Assembly: GCF_009914755.1 (NCBI RefSeq)
Contig: NC_060940.1
Length of the DNA stretch: 64,000 nucleotides
DNA from: the human T2T-CHM13v2.0 reference genome, Homo sapiens
Reading direction: 5' to 3' (one strand)
Under the pieces are notes generated by a model that was not told the origin of the DNA, did no database searches, and saw nothing but the letters and a program-made list of their open reading frames with translations. A program made the translations under genes and the position numbers. Positions within the stretch are counted from its first letter, which is position 1; the number at the start of each line of letters is the position of its first letter. Shown piece by piece: positions 15,101-30,418 of the stretch.

Positions 15101-18100
15101 ATTAGATGATGATACTATTTGAGCCCATCCAATGATTCCCTTCGATTCCATTCGATGAGGATTCCATTCGATTCAATTCATTGGTGATTCTATTCAATTC
15201 AATTCTTTGATTCCATTCCATTCCATTCGACAATGATTCCATTCGATTTCTTTCGATGATTCCACTCGATTCCACTTGACATTGATTCCCTTCGATTCCA
15301 TTCAATGATTCCATTTGATTCCAGTGGATGATGATTGCCATCGATTCCATTCGATCACTCCATTCTATTCCATTTGATGATGATTACATTCGATTCCATT
15401 TGACGATTCCATCTGATTCTATTCGAGGATTCCATTTGATTCCATTCGATGATGATTCCATTCGAGTCCATTCGATGATTTCATTCGAGTACATCCAATG
15501 ATTCCATTCGAGTCCATTTGATGATTCCATTTGATTCCATTTGATTATGATTCTACTAGAGTCCATTCAATGACTCCATTCGAGTCCATTCAACAATTCC
15601 ATTCGACTCCATTCGATGATTCCATTCGATTCCATTTGATGATTCCATTCGAGTCCATTTAATCATTACAGTCGAGTCCATTTGGTGATTCCGCTGGATT
15701 TCCTTTGATAATGATACCATTCGATTACATTTGATGATGATCCCATTCAATTTCATTTGATGATGATTCCATTAGAGTCCATTCGATGATTTTATTCGAG
15801 TCCCTTCATTGATTCCATCCGATTTCATTGGATGATGACTCCATTCGAGTCCATTCGATGATTCCACTCGATTCCATTAGATGATTCCATTGGAGTCCAT
15901 TTGATTGTTCCATTCGATTCCATTCGATTCCTTTCGAAGATTATTCCATTTGAGTCCATTCGATGATGATTCCATTCCATTCCATTCGATGATTCCGTTT
16001 GATTCCATTCGATGATTCCCTTCGATTCCTTTCTTTGATGATTCCATTCCATTCCATTCAATGATTCCATTCGAATCTATTCCATGATGATTCCTTTCGA
16101 TTCCATTCGCTGATGTTTCCGTTCAATTCCATTCGATGATGATTCCATTCGATTCCATTCATTGAGGATTCCATTTGATTCCATTCAATGATTCCATTCT
16201 ATTCCATTCAATGATTGCATTCAATTCCATTCAATGATTATCCCATTAGAGTAAACTCAACGATTCCATTCAATACCATTCGATGATGATTCCTTTTGAG
16301 TCCATTCAATGATTTCATTCAAGTCCATTTGATGATTCCTTTCAATTCCATTCTATGATGATTCCATTCGAGTCCATTCGATGATTCCATTCGATTGCAT
16401 TCGATGATTCCATTATATTCCATTCAACGATGATTCCATTCGAGTCCATTCGATGATTCCATTAGAGTACATTTAATGATTGCTTTGTTTTCAATTCGAA
16501 GATGATTACATTCGATTCCATTCTATGATACCATTCGATTCCATTCAATGATGACTCCACTCAAATCCATTGGATGATTCCATTCGTGTCCATTCGGTGA
16601 TTTCATTAGATTCCATTCGAGGATGATTCCATTCGATTCCATTCGATGATTCCATTCAATTCCATTCGATGATGATTCCATTCGAGTCCATATGATCATT
16701 CCATTTGATTTCATTCGATGATGATTCCATTCGATTCCATTCGACGATTCCATTCTATTCCATTCGATGATGATTCCATTCGAGTCCATTCGATGATTCC
16801 ATTCGAGTCCATTTAATGATTCCATTGGGTTCAATTCAATGATGATTACATTGGATTCCGTTCTATGATTCCATTCAATTCCGTTCATTGACAATTTGAT
16901 TCCATTCGATGATGATTCCATTTGAGTTCATTCGATGATTCTATTCGATTCTCTTCGATGGTGATTCAATTCTATTATATTGGATGATTCCATTCGATTC
17001 CATTTGATGTTGATTCAATTCGATTCTATTCGATGATGATTCCATTGGATTTCACTTGATGATTCTATTCGATTCCATTCAATGATGATTCACTTCTCGT
17101 CCACTGGATGATTCCATTTCATTCCATTCGATGATGATTCCATTCGATTCCATTCGATGATTCCATTTGATTCCATGCGACGGTGAGCAATTCGATTCAA
17201 TTCCATGATGATTCTATTTGATTCAATTAGATGATGTTTCCATTCGAATCCATTCCATGATTATTCCATTGGAATCCATTCGGCGATGATTCCATATGAG
17301 TCAATTCAATGATGATTCCATATGGGTCCGTTCGATGATAATTCCATTTGATTTCATTCGATGCTTCTATTCAATTCCAGTCGATGATGATTCCGTTGGA
17401 GTCCATACGATGATTCCATTTGATTTCATTTCATGATGATTCCATTCGATGACGATTACATTGGATTCCATTCTATGATTCCATTCAATTCCATTCGTTG
17501 ATGATACGATTCCATTCAATGATGATTCCATTTGAGTTCATTCGGTGATTCTATTCGATTCCATTCTATGGTGATTCAATTCTCTTATATTGGATGATTC
17601 GACTCGATTCCATTTGATGATTATTCCATTGGAGTCCACTTAGTGAATCCTTTAGATTCTACTCGAAGATGATTCCATTCGAGTCCATTCGATGATACCA
17701 TTCAATTCCATTCGTTGATGCTTCCATTCAAGTGCATTCGATGATATCATTCGATTCCATTTGATGATAATTCCATTTGATTCCATGCGATGATTCTATT
17801 CGATTCCATTCAATGATAATTCCATTCAATTCAGTGATTCCTCTGGACTCCATTTGATGATGATTCCATTCAATGATTCCATTCGATTCTATTCGAAAAT
17901 GATTACATTTGAATCCATTTGATGACGATTCCATTCCATTCCATTTGATGATTCCATACTATTCTATTCGATGATGATTCCATTCGATTCCATTCGATGA
18001 TGATTGGATTCGATTCCATTTGATGATTTCATTTGATTCCATTCGTTAATGATTTCGATCAATTCCATTCGATGATTCCATTCGATTCCATTCGATAATG

Positions 18101-18195
18101 ATTACATCCGAGTCCATTCGATGATTCCATTTGAGCCTGTTCGATAATTCCATTTGAGTCCAACCAATGATTCCATTCATTTCCATTCAATGATT
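12137..18195 (+). repeat. Macro-unit U3 (6059 bp; U4-like front, U1-like back)
   Basis: Landmarks 12160 and 18219. Diagnostic alleles switch between ~14870 and ~15010. Confidence 0.93.
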
Positions 18196-21100
18196 CCATT
18201 CGAGTCCATTTGATCATTCCGGTAGGGTCCATTCGATGTTGATTCCATTGGAGTGCATTCGATGATTCCATTCGAGTCCATTTTAGGATTTGATTCGAGT
18301 CCTTTCGATGATTCCATTCGATTCCACTCGATGATGATTTCATTCGAGTCCATTCGACACTTCCAATCGATTCCATTTGATGATTCCATTCGAGTCCTAT
18401 TGATGATTCCATTCAATTCCATTCGATGATGATTCCGTACGATTCCATTCTGTGATGATTCCATGTGATTGCATTCAATGATGATTCCTTTCGATTGCAT
18501 TCGATTATGATTCATTTCGTCTTCATTCTATGGTTCCACAGGTTTCCATTCGTGTCCATTCCATTATTCCATTCTATTCCATTTGATGATGATTCCATTC
18601 GATTCCATTCATTGGTGATTCCACTCAATTCCATTCAATGATTCCATTCCATTTCTTTCAACAATGATTCCATTAGTTTCTAATCGATGATCCACTTGAT
18701 TCCATTTGACGACGATTCCATTCTTGTCCATTCGATGATTCCATTTGATTCCATATGATGATGATTCCATTCGATTCCATACCATGATGATTCCATTCGA
18801 GTCCATTCAATGGTGATTCCATTCAATTCCATTCGATGATTCCTTTCGATTCCATTCGATGATGATGGCATTCGATTCCTTTCAATCATTCCATTTGATT
18901 CCATTCAAAGGTGATTTCATTCAAGTCCATTCGATAATTGCATTCGATTCCATTCTATGATGATTCCATTCGAGTCCATTTGATGATTCCATTCAATTCA
19001 AGTCAATGATGATTCCATTCGATTCCATTCGATGATTCCATTGGATTCCATTCGATGATGATTCCATTCAAATCCATTCGATAATTCAATTCAAGTCCAT
19101 TCGATGATGATTCCAATCGAATCCATTCAAAGATTCCATTCAGTTCCATTCGATGATTCCCTTGGATTCCATTCGATGATTCCACTTGATTGCATTTACG
19201 ATGATTCCATTCGATTCCATGTGATGATTCCATTCAATTCTATTCAATGATGTCTCCATTTGATTCCATTCGACCATGATTGCCTTTGATTCCATTCAAT
19301 GATTCCATTCGGTTCCGTTTGATGATGATTCCGTTCGATTCCATTTGATGATTCCATTTGATTCCATTGGATGAGTCCATTCGATTACATTCGATGATTA
19401 TTCCATTCGAGTGCATTAGATGATTCCATTCGAGTCCATTCGATGATTCCATTCGATTCCATTCGATGTTGATTCTGTTCAAATCCATTCGATGATTCCA
19501 CTCGATTCCATTCGTTGACTCCATTTGATCCCATTCGATGATTTCCTTTGATTCCCTTTGATGATCATTCCATTTGATTCAATTCGGTGATTTCATTTGA
19601 TTCCATTCAGTGATGTTTCCATTCGACTCCATTCGATGATGATTCCATTCGACTCCATTCGATTATGATTTCATTCAATTCCATTCGATAATGATTCCCT
19701 TCGAGTCCATTCGATGATTCCATTCGATTCCATTCAACGATGATTTGATTCGTGTCCATTCGATGATTCCATTTGATTCCACTTGATGATGATTCCATTC
19801 GAGTCCATTTGATGATTCCATTCAATTCCATACTCCGATGATTTCTTTTGAGCCCACTCAATGCTTCCACTCGATTCCATATGATGATGACTCCATTCGA
19901 TGAAATTCGATGATGATTCCATTCGCTTGCTTTCGATGATGATTCCACTTGAGTCCGTTAGAAGATTCTATTCAATTACATTCCAGGACGATTCCGTTCG
20001 AGTCCGTTTGATGATTCCATTAGACTCCATTCGACGATGATTCCATTCGATGTTATTCCATGATTCCATTCGATCTCATTCGATGATGATTCCATTCAAC
20101 TCCATTCGATGTTTCCATTCGAGTTCATTCTATTATTCCATTAGATTCCATTCGATGATGATTCCATTCGATTCCATTTGATGATTGCATTCTATTTCAT
20201 TTGATGATGATTCCATTCGAGTCCACTCGATGATTCCATTCGAGTCCATTTAATGAATCCATTGGTTTCAATTCTATGATGATTACATTGGATTCCATTC
20301 GTTGATGATTTCATTCAGTTCCATTCAATGATGATTCCATTCAATTCCTTTCAATGTTTCCATTCAATTCCATACGATGATGATTCCATTTGATTTGATT
20401 CGACAGTGAGCCATTCGATTCAATTTCATGATGATTCTATTTATTCAATTGGTTGACATTTCCATTCGATTCCATTCGATGATGATTCCCTTTGATTCCA
20501 TTCAAAGATGATTCCATTCTAGCCCATTCAATCATTCCATTCGATTCTATTCAATGATGATTCCATTCATGTCGATTTGGTGATTCCATTTGACTTCATT
20601 TGATGATGATTCCTTTCAAGTTCATTAGATGATTCCATTCGATTCCATTTGATGATGATCCCATTCGAGTCCATTCAGTGATTCCATTCGTTTCCATTCC
20701 ATGATGATTCCATTCCTTTCCATTCAATGATTCCATTCGATTCCGTTTGATGATGATTTCATTCGAGTCCATTTGATGATTCCATTTGATTCCATTCGAT
20801 GATGATTCCATTCGAGTCCATTCGATGATTCTATTCGAATCCATTTGATGATTTCTTTTGATTATATTTGGTGATGATTCCATTGGAGTCCATTCAATGA
20901 TTCCATTCTATTCCAATCGATGATGATTCCATTAGAGTCCATTTAATGATTCCATTTGATTCCAGTCTCTGATGATTACATTCGAGTCCATACGATGATT
21001 CCACTCAATTCCATATGATGATGATTCCATTTGATTCCATTCGGTGATTCCATTCTATTCTATTCAATGGTGATTCCATTCGAGTACATTAGATGATTCC

Positions 21101-24100
21101 ATTCGATTCCATTCAATGATGATTCTATTTGTGTCCCTTAGATGATTCCACATGATTCCATTAGATGATGATACTATTTGAGCCCATCCAATGATTCCCT
21201 TCGATTCCATTCGATGAGGATTCCATTCGATTCAATTCATTGGTGATTCTATTCAATTCAATTCTTTGATTCCATTCCATTCCATTCGACAATGATTCCA
21301 TTCGATTTCTTTCGATGATTCCACTCGATTCCACTTGACATTGATTCCATTCGATTCCATTCAATGATTCCATTTGATTCCAGTGGATGATGATTGCCAT
21401 CGATTCCATTCGATCACTCCATTCTATTCCATTTGATGATGATTACATTCGATTCCATTTGATGATTCCATCTGATTCTATTCGAGGATTCCATTTGATT
21501 CCATTCGATGATGATTCCATTCGAGTCCATTCGATGATTTCATTCAAGTACATCCAATGACTCCATTCGAGTCCATTAGATGATTCCATTTGATTCCATT
21601 TGAAAATGATTCTACTAGCGTCCATTCAATGACTCCATTCGATTCCATTCAACAATTCCATTCGACTCCATTCGATGATTCCATTCGATTCCATTTGATG
21701 GTTCCATTCGAGTCCATTTAATCATTACAGTCGAGTCCATTTGGTGATTCCACTGGATTTCTTTTGATAATGATACCATTCAATTACATTTGATGATGAT
21801 CCCATTCAATTTCATTTGATGATGATTCCATTAGAGTCCATTCGATGATTTCATTCGAGTCCCTTCATTGATTCCATCCGATTTCATTGGATGATGACTC
21901 CATTCGAGTCCATTCGATGATTCCACTCGATTCCATTAGATGATTCCATTGGAGTCCATTTGATTGTTCCATTCGATTCCATTCGATTCCTTTCGAAGAT
22001 TATTCCATTTGAGTCCATTCGATGATGATTCCATTCCATTCCATTCGATGATTCCGTTTGATTCCATTCGATGATTCCCTTTGATTCCTTTCTGTGATGA
22101 TTCCATTCCATTCCATTCAATGATTCCATTCGAATCTATTCCATGATGATTCCTTTCGATTCCATTCGCTGATGTTTCCGTTCAATTCCATTCGATGATG
22201 ATTCCATTCGATCCCATTCATTGAGGATTCCATTTGATTCCATTCAATGATGATTCCATTCTATTCCATTCAATGATTGCATTCAATTCCATTCAATGAT
22301 TATCCCCTTAGAGTAAACTCAACGATTCCATTCAATACCATTCGATGATGATTCCTTTTGAGTCCATTCAATGATTTCATTCAAGTCCATTTGATGATTC
22401 CTTTCAATTCCATTCTATGATGATTCCATTCGAGTCCATTCGATGATTCCATTCGATTGCATTCGATGATTCCATTATATTCCATTCAACGGTGATTCCA
22501 TTCGAGTCCATTCGATGATTCCATTAGAGTACATTTAATGATTGCTTTGTTTTCAATTCGAAGATGATTACATTGGATTCCATTCTATGATACCATTCGA
22601 TTCCATTCAATGATGATTCCACTCAAATCCATTGGATGATTCCATTCGTGTCCATTCGGTGATTTCATTACATTCCATTCGAGGATGATTCCATTCGATT
22701 CCATTCGATGATTCCATTCAATTCCATTCGATGATGATTCCATTCCAGTCCATATGATCATTCCATTTGATTTCATTCGATGATGATTCCATTCGATTCC
22801 TTTCGACGATTCCATTCTATTCCATTCGATGATGATTCCATTCGAGTCCATTCGATGATTCCATTCGAGTCCATTTAATGATTCCATTGGGTTCAATTCA
22901 ATGATGATTACATTGGATTCCGTTCTATGATTCCATTCAATTCCGTTCATTGACAATTTGATTCCATTCGATGATGATTCCATTTGAGTTCATTCGATGA
23001 TTCTATTCGATTCTCTTCGATGGTGATTCAATTCTATTATATTGGATGATTCCATTCGATTCCATTTGATGTTGATTCAATTCGATTCTATTCGATGATG
23101 ATTCCATTGGATTTCACTTGATGATTCTATTCGATTCCATTCAATGATGATTCACTTCTCGTCCATTGGATGATTCCATTTCATTCCATTCGATGATGAT
23201 TCCATTCGATTCCATTCGATGATTCCATTTGATTCCATGCGACGGTGAGCAATTCGATTCAATTCCATGATGATTCTATTTGATTCAATTAGATGATGTT
23301 TCCATTCGAATCCATTCCATGATTATTCCATTGGAATCCATTCGGCGATGATTCCATATGAGTCAATTCAATGATGATTCCATATGGGTCCGTTCGATGA
23401 TAATTCCATTTGATTTCATTCGATGCTTCTATTCTATTCCAGTCGATGATGATTCCGTTGGAGTCCATACGATGATTCCATTTGATTTCATTTGATGATG
23501 ATTCCATTCGATGATGATTACATTGGATTCCATTCTATGATTCCATTCAATTCCATTCGTTGATGATTCGATTCCATTCAATGATGATTCCATTTGAGTT
23601 CATTCGATGATTCTATTCGATTCCGTTCGATGGTGATTCAATTCTATTATATTGGATGATTCCACTCGATTCCATTTGATGATTATTCCATTGGAGTCCA
23701 CTTAGTGAATCCTTTAGATTCTACTCGACGATGATTCCATTCGAGTCCATTCGATGATACCATTCAATTCCATTCGTTGATGCTTCCATTCAAGTGCATT
23801 CGATGATATCATTCGATTCCATTTGATGATAATTCCATTTGATTCCATGAGATGATTCTATTCGATTCCATTCAATGATAATTCCATTCAATTCAGTGAT
23901 TCCTCTGGACTCCATTTGATGATGATTCCATTCAATGATTCCATTCGATTCTATTCGAAAATGATTCCATTTGAATCCATTTGATGATGATTCCATTAGA
24001 TTCCATTTGATGATTCCATTCGATTCCATTCGACGATGATTCCATTCGATTCCGTTTGATGATTCCATTCTATTCTATTCGATGATGATTCCATTCGATT

Positions 24101-24306
24101 CCATTCGATGATGATTGGATTCGATTCCATTTGATGATTTCATTTGATTCCATTCGTTAATGATTTCGATCAATTCCATTCGATGATTCCATTCGATTCC
24201 ATTCGATAATGATTACATCCGAGTCCATTCGATGATTCCCTTTGAGCCTGTTCGATAATTCCATTTGAGTCCAACCAATGATTCCATTCATTTCCATTCA
24301 ATGATT
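18196..24306 (+). repeat. Macro-unit U4 (6111 bp; first unit with the 49-bp block, class B back half)
   Basis: Landmarks 18219 and 24330. Length = 6059 +3 +49. Confidence 0.93.
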
Positions 24307-27300
24307 CCATTCGAGTCCATTTGATCATTCCGGTAGGGTCCATTCGATGTTGATTCCATTGGAGTGCATTCGATGATTCCATTCGAGTCCATTTTAGGAT
24401 TTGATTCGAGTACTTTCGATGATTCCATTCGATTCCACTCGATGATGATTTCATTCGAGTCCATTCGACACTTCCAATCGATTCCATTTGATGATTCCAT
24501 TCGAGTCCAATTGATGATTCCATTCAATTCCATTCGATGATGATTCCGTACGATTCCATTCTGTGATGATTCCATGTGATTGCATTCAATGATGATTCCT
24601 TTCGATTGCATTCGATTATGATTCATTTCGTGTTCATTCTATGGTTCCACAGGTTTCCATTCGTGTCCATTCCATTATTCCATTCTATTCCATTTGATGA
24701 TGATTCCATTCGATTCCATTCATTGGTGATTCCACTCAATTCCATTCAATGATTCCATTCCATTTCTTTCAACAATGATTCCATTAGTTTCTAATCGATG
24801 ATCCACTTGATTCCATTTGACGACGATTCCATTCTTGTCCATTCGATGATTCCATTTGATTCCATATGATGATGATTCCATTCGATTCCATACCATGATG
24901 ATTCCATTCGAGTCCATTCAATGGTGATTCCATTCAATTCCATTCGATGATTCCTTTTGATTCCATTCGATGATGATGGCATTCGATTCCTTTCAATCAT
25001 TCCCTTTGATTCCATTCAAAGGTGATTTCATTCAAGTCCATTCGATAATTGAATTCGATTCCATTCTATGATGATTCCATTCGAGTCCATTTGATGATTC
25101 CATTCAATTCAAGTCAATGATGATTCCATTCTATTCCATTTGATGATTCCATGGGATTCCATTCGATGATGATTCCATTCAAATCCATTCGATAATTCAA
25201 TTCAAGTCCATTCGATGATGATTCCAATCGAATCCATTCAAAGATTCCATTCAGTTCCATTCGATGATTCCCTTAGATTCCATTCGATGATTCCACTTGA
25301 TTGCATTTACGATGATTCCATTCGATTCCATGTGATGATTCCATTCAATTCTATTCAATGATGTCTCCATTTGATTCCATTCGACCATGATTGCCTTTGA
25401 TTCCATTCAATGATTCCATTCGGTTCCGTTTGATGATGATTCCGTTCGATTCCATTTGATGATTCCATTGGATTCCATTGGATGAGTCCATTCGATTACA
25501 TTCGATGATTATTCCATTCGAGTGCATTAGATGATTCCATTCGAGTCCATTCGATGATTCCATTCGATTCCATTCGATGTTGATTCTGTTCAAATCCATT
25601 CGATGATTCCACTCGATTCCATTCGTTGACTCCATTTGATCCCATTCGATGATTTCCTTTGATTCCCTTTGATGATCATTCCATTTGATTCAATTCGGTG
25701 ATTTCATTTGATTCCATTCAGTGATGTTTCCATTCGACTCCATTCGATGATGATTCCATTCGACTCCATTCGATTATGATTTCATTCAATTCCATTCGAT
25801 AATGATTCCCTTCGAGTCCATTCGATGATTCCATTCGATTCCATTCAACGATGATTTGATTCGTGTCCATTCGATGATTCCATTTGATTCCACTTGATGA
25901 TGATTCCATTCGAGTCCATTTGATGATTCCATTCAATTCCATACTCCGATGATTTCTTTTGAGCCCACTCAATGCTTCCACTCGATTCCATATGATGATG
26001 ACTCCATTCGATGAAATTCGATGATGATTCCATTCGCTTGCTTTCGATGATGATTCCACTTGAGTCCGTTAGAAGATTCTATTCAATTACATTCCATGAC
26101 GATTCCGTTCGAGTATATTTGATGATTCCATTAGACTCCATTCGACGATGATTCCATTCGATGTTATTCCATGATTCCATTCGATCTCATTCGATGATGA
26201 TTCCATTCAACTCCATTCGATGTTTCCATTCGAGTTCATTCTATTATTCCATTAGATTCCATTCGATGATGATTCCATTCGATTCCATTTGATGATTGCA
26301 TTCTATTTCATTTGATGATGATTCCATTCGAGTCCACTCGATGATTCCATTCGAGTCCATTTAATGAATACATTGGTTTCAATTCTATGATGATTACATT
26401 GGATTCCATTCGTTGATGAATTCATTCGGCTCCATTCAATGATGATTCCATTCAATTCCTTTCAATGTTTCCATTCAATTCCATACGATGATGATTCCAT
26501 TTGATTTGATTCGACAGTGAGCCATTCGATTCAATTCCATGATGATTCTATTTGATTCAATTGGTTGACATTTCCATTCGATTCCATTCGATGATGATTC
26601 CCTTTGATTCCGTTCAAAGATGATTCCATTCTAGCCCATTCAATCATTCCATTCGATTCTATTCAATGATGATTCCATTCATGTCGATTTGGTGATTCCA
26701 TTTGACTTCATTTGATGATGATTCCTTTCAAGTTCATTAGATGATTCCATTCGATTCCATTTGATGATGATCCCATTCGAGTCCATTCAGTGATTCCATT
26801 CGTTTCCATTCCATGATGATTCCATTCCTTTCCATTCAATGATTCCATTCGATTCCGTTTGATGATGATTTCATTCGAGTCCATTTGATGATTCCATTTG
26901 ATTCCATTCGATGATGATTCCATTCGAGTCCATTCGATGATTCTATTCGAATCCATTTGATGATTTCTTTTGATTATATTTGGTGATGATTCCATTGGAG
27001 TCCATTCAATGATTCCATTCTATTCCAATCGATGATGATTCCATTAGAGTCCATTTAATGATTCCATTTGATTCCAGTCTCTGATGATTACATTCGAGTC
27101 CATACGATGATTCCACTCAATTCCATATGATGATGATTCCATTTGATTCCATTCGGTGATTCCATTCTATTCTATTCAATGGTGATTCCATTCGAGTACA
27201 TTAGATGATTCCATTCGATTCCATTCAATGATGATTCTATTTGTGTCCCTTAGATGATTCCACATGATTCCATTAGATGATGATACTATTTGAGCCCATC

Positions 27301-30300
27301 CAATGATTCCCTTCGATTCCATTCGATGAGGATTCCATTCGATTCAATTCATTGGTGATTCTATTCAATTCAATTCTTTGATTCCATTCCATTCCATTCG
27401 ACAATGATTCCATTCGATTTCTTTCGATGATTCCACTCGATTCCACTTGACATTGATTCCATTCGATTCCATTCAATGATTCCATTTGATTCCAGTGGAT
27501 GATGATTGCCATCGATTCCATTCGATCACTCCATTCTATTCCATTTGATGATGATTACATTCGATTCCATTTGATGATTCCATCTGATTCTATTCGAGGA
27601 TTCCATTTGATTCCATTCGCTGATGATTCCATTCGAGTCCATTCGATGATTTCATTCAAGTACATCCAATGATTCCATTCGAGTCCATTAGATGATTCCA
27701 TTTGATTCCATTTGAAAATGATTCTACTAGAGTCCATTCAATGACTCCATTCGATTCCATTCAACAATTCCATTCGACTCCATTCGATGATTCCATTCGA
27801 TTCCATTTGATGGTTCCATTCGAGTCCATTTAATCATTACAGTCGAGTCCATTTGGTGATTCCACTGGATTTCTTTTGATAATGATACCATTCCATTACA
27901 TTTGATGATGATCCCATTCAATTTCATTTGATGATGATTCCATTAGAGTCCATTCGATGATTTCATTCGAGTCCCTTCATTGATTCCATCCGATTTCATT
28001 GGATGATGACTCCATTCGAGTCCATTCGATGATTCCACTCGATTCCATTAGATGACTCCATTGGAGTCCATTTGATTGTTCCATTCGATTCCATTCGATT
28101 CCTTTCGAAGATTATTCCATTTGAGTCCATTCGATGATGATTCCATTCCATTCCATTCGATGATTCCGTTTGATTCCATTCGATGATTCCCTTCGATTCC
28201 TTTCTTTGATGATTCCATTCCATTCCATTCAATGATTCCATTCGAATCTATTCCATGATGATTCCTTTCGATTCCATTCGCTGATGTTTCCGTTCAATTC
28301 CATTCGATGATGATTCCATTCGATTCCATTCATTGAGGATTCCATTTGATTCCATTCAATGATGATTCCATTGTATTCCATTCAATGATTGCATTCAATT
28401 CCATTCAATGATTATCCCATTAAAGTAAACTCAACGATTCCATTCAATACCATTCGATGATGATTCCTTTTGAGTCCATTCAATGATTTCATTCAAGTCC
28501 ATTTGATGATTCCTTTCAATTCCATTCTATGATGATTCCATTCGAGTCCATTCGATGATTCCATTCGATTGCATTCGATGATTCCATTATATTCAATTCA
28601 ACGGTGATTCCATTCGAGTCCATTCCATGATTCCATTAGAGTACATTTAATGATTGCTTTGTTTTCAATTCGAATATGATTACATTGGATTCCATTCTAT
28701 GATAACATTCGATTTCATTCAATGATGATTCCACTCAAATCCATTGGATGATTCCATTCGTGTCCATTCGGTGATTTCATTAGATTCCATTCGAGGATGA
28801 TTCCATTCGATTCCATTCGATGATTCCATTCAATTCCATTCGATGATGATTCCATTCCAGTCCATATGATCATTCCATTTGATTTCATTCGATGATGATT
28901 CCATTCGATTCGATTCGACGATTCCATTCTATTCCATTCGATGATGATTCCATTCGAGTCCATTCGATCATTCCATTCGAGTCCATTTAATGATTCCATT
29001 GGGTTCAATTCAATGATGATTACATTGGATTCCGTTCTATGATTCCATTCAATTCCGTTCATTGACAATTTGATTCCATTCGATGATGATTCCATTTGAG
29101 TTCATTCGATGATTCTATTCGATTCTCTTCGATGGTGATTCAATTCTATTATATTGGATGATTCCATTCGATTCCATTTGATGTTGATTCAATTCGATTC
29201 TATTCGATGATGATTCCATTGGATTTCACTTGATGATTCTATTCGATTCCATTCAATGATGATTCACTTCTCGTCCATTGGATGATTCCATTTCATTCCA
29301 TTCGATGATGATTCCATTCGATTCCATTCGATGATTCCTTTTGATTCCATGCGACGGTGAGCAATTCGATTCAATTCCATGATGATTCTATTTGATTCAA
29401 TTAGATGATGTTTCCATTCGAATCCATTCCATGATTATTCCATTGGAATCCATTCGGCGATGATTCCATATGAGTCAATTCAATGATGATTCCATATGGG
29501 TCCGTTCGATGATAATTCCATTTGATTTCATTCGATGCTTCTATTCAATTCCAGTCGATGATGATTCCGTTGGAGTCCATACGATGATTCCATTTGATTT
29601 CATTTGATGATGATTCCATTCGATGATAATTACCTTGGATTCCATTCTATGATTCCATTCAATTCCATTCGTTGATGATTCGATTCCATTCAATGATGAT
29701 TCCATTTGAGTTCATTCGATGATTCTATTCGATTCCGTTCGATGGTGATTCAATTCTATTATATTGGATGATTCCACTCGATTCCATTTGATGATTATTC
29801 CATTGGAGTCCACTTAGTGAATCCTTTAGATTCTACTCGACGATGATTCCATTCGAGTCCATTCGATGATACCATTCAATTCCATTCGTTGATGCTTCCA
29901 TTCAAGTGCATTCGATGATATCATTCGATTCCATTTGATGATAATTCCATTTGATTCCATGCGATGATTCTATTCGATTCCATTCAATGATAATTCCATT
30001 CAATTCAGTGATTCCTCTGGACTCCATTTGATGATGATTCCATTCAATGATTCCATTCGATTCTATTCGAAAATGATTCCATTTGAATCCATTTGATGAT
30101 GATTCCATTAGATTCCATTTGATGATTCCATTCGATTCCATTCGACGATGATTCCATTCGATTCCGTTTGATGATTCCATTCTATTCTATTCGATGATGA
30201 TTCCATTCGATTCCATTCGATGATGATTGGATTCGATTCCATTGGATGATTTCATTTGATTCCATTCGTTAATGATTTCGATCAATTCCATTCGATGATT

Positions 30301-30418
30301 CCATTCGATTCCATTCGATAATGATTACATCCGAGTCCATTCGATGATTCCCTTTGAGCCTGTTCGATAATTCCATTTGAGTCCAACCAATGATTCCATT
30401 CATTTCCATTCAATGATT
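24307..30418 (+). repeat. Macro-unit U5 (6112 bp, class B)
   Basis: Landmarks 24330 and 30442. One base longer than U4 (CTATTTGATTCAATTGG versus CTATTTATTCAATTGG). EcoRI sites at 25051 and 26418. Confidence 0.93.
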
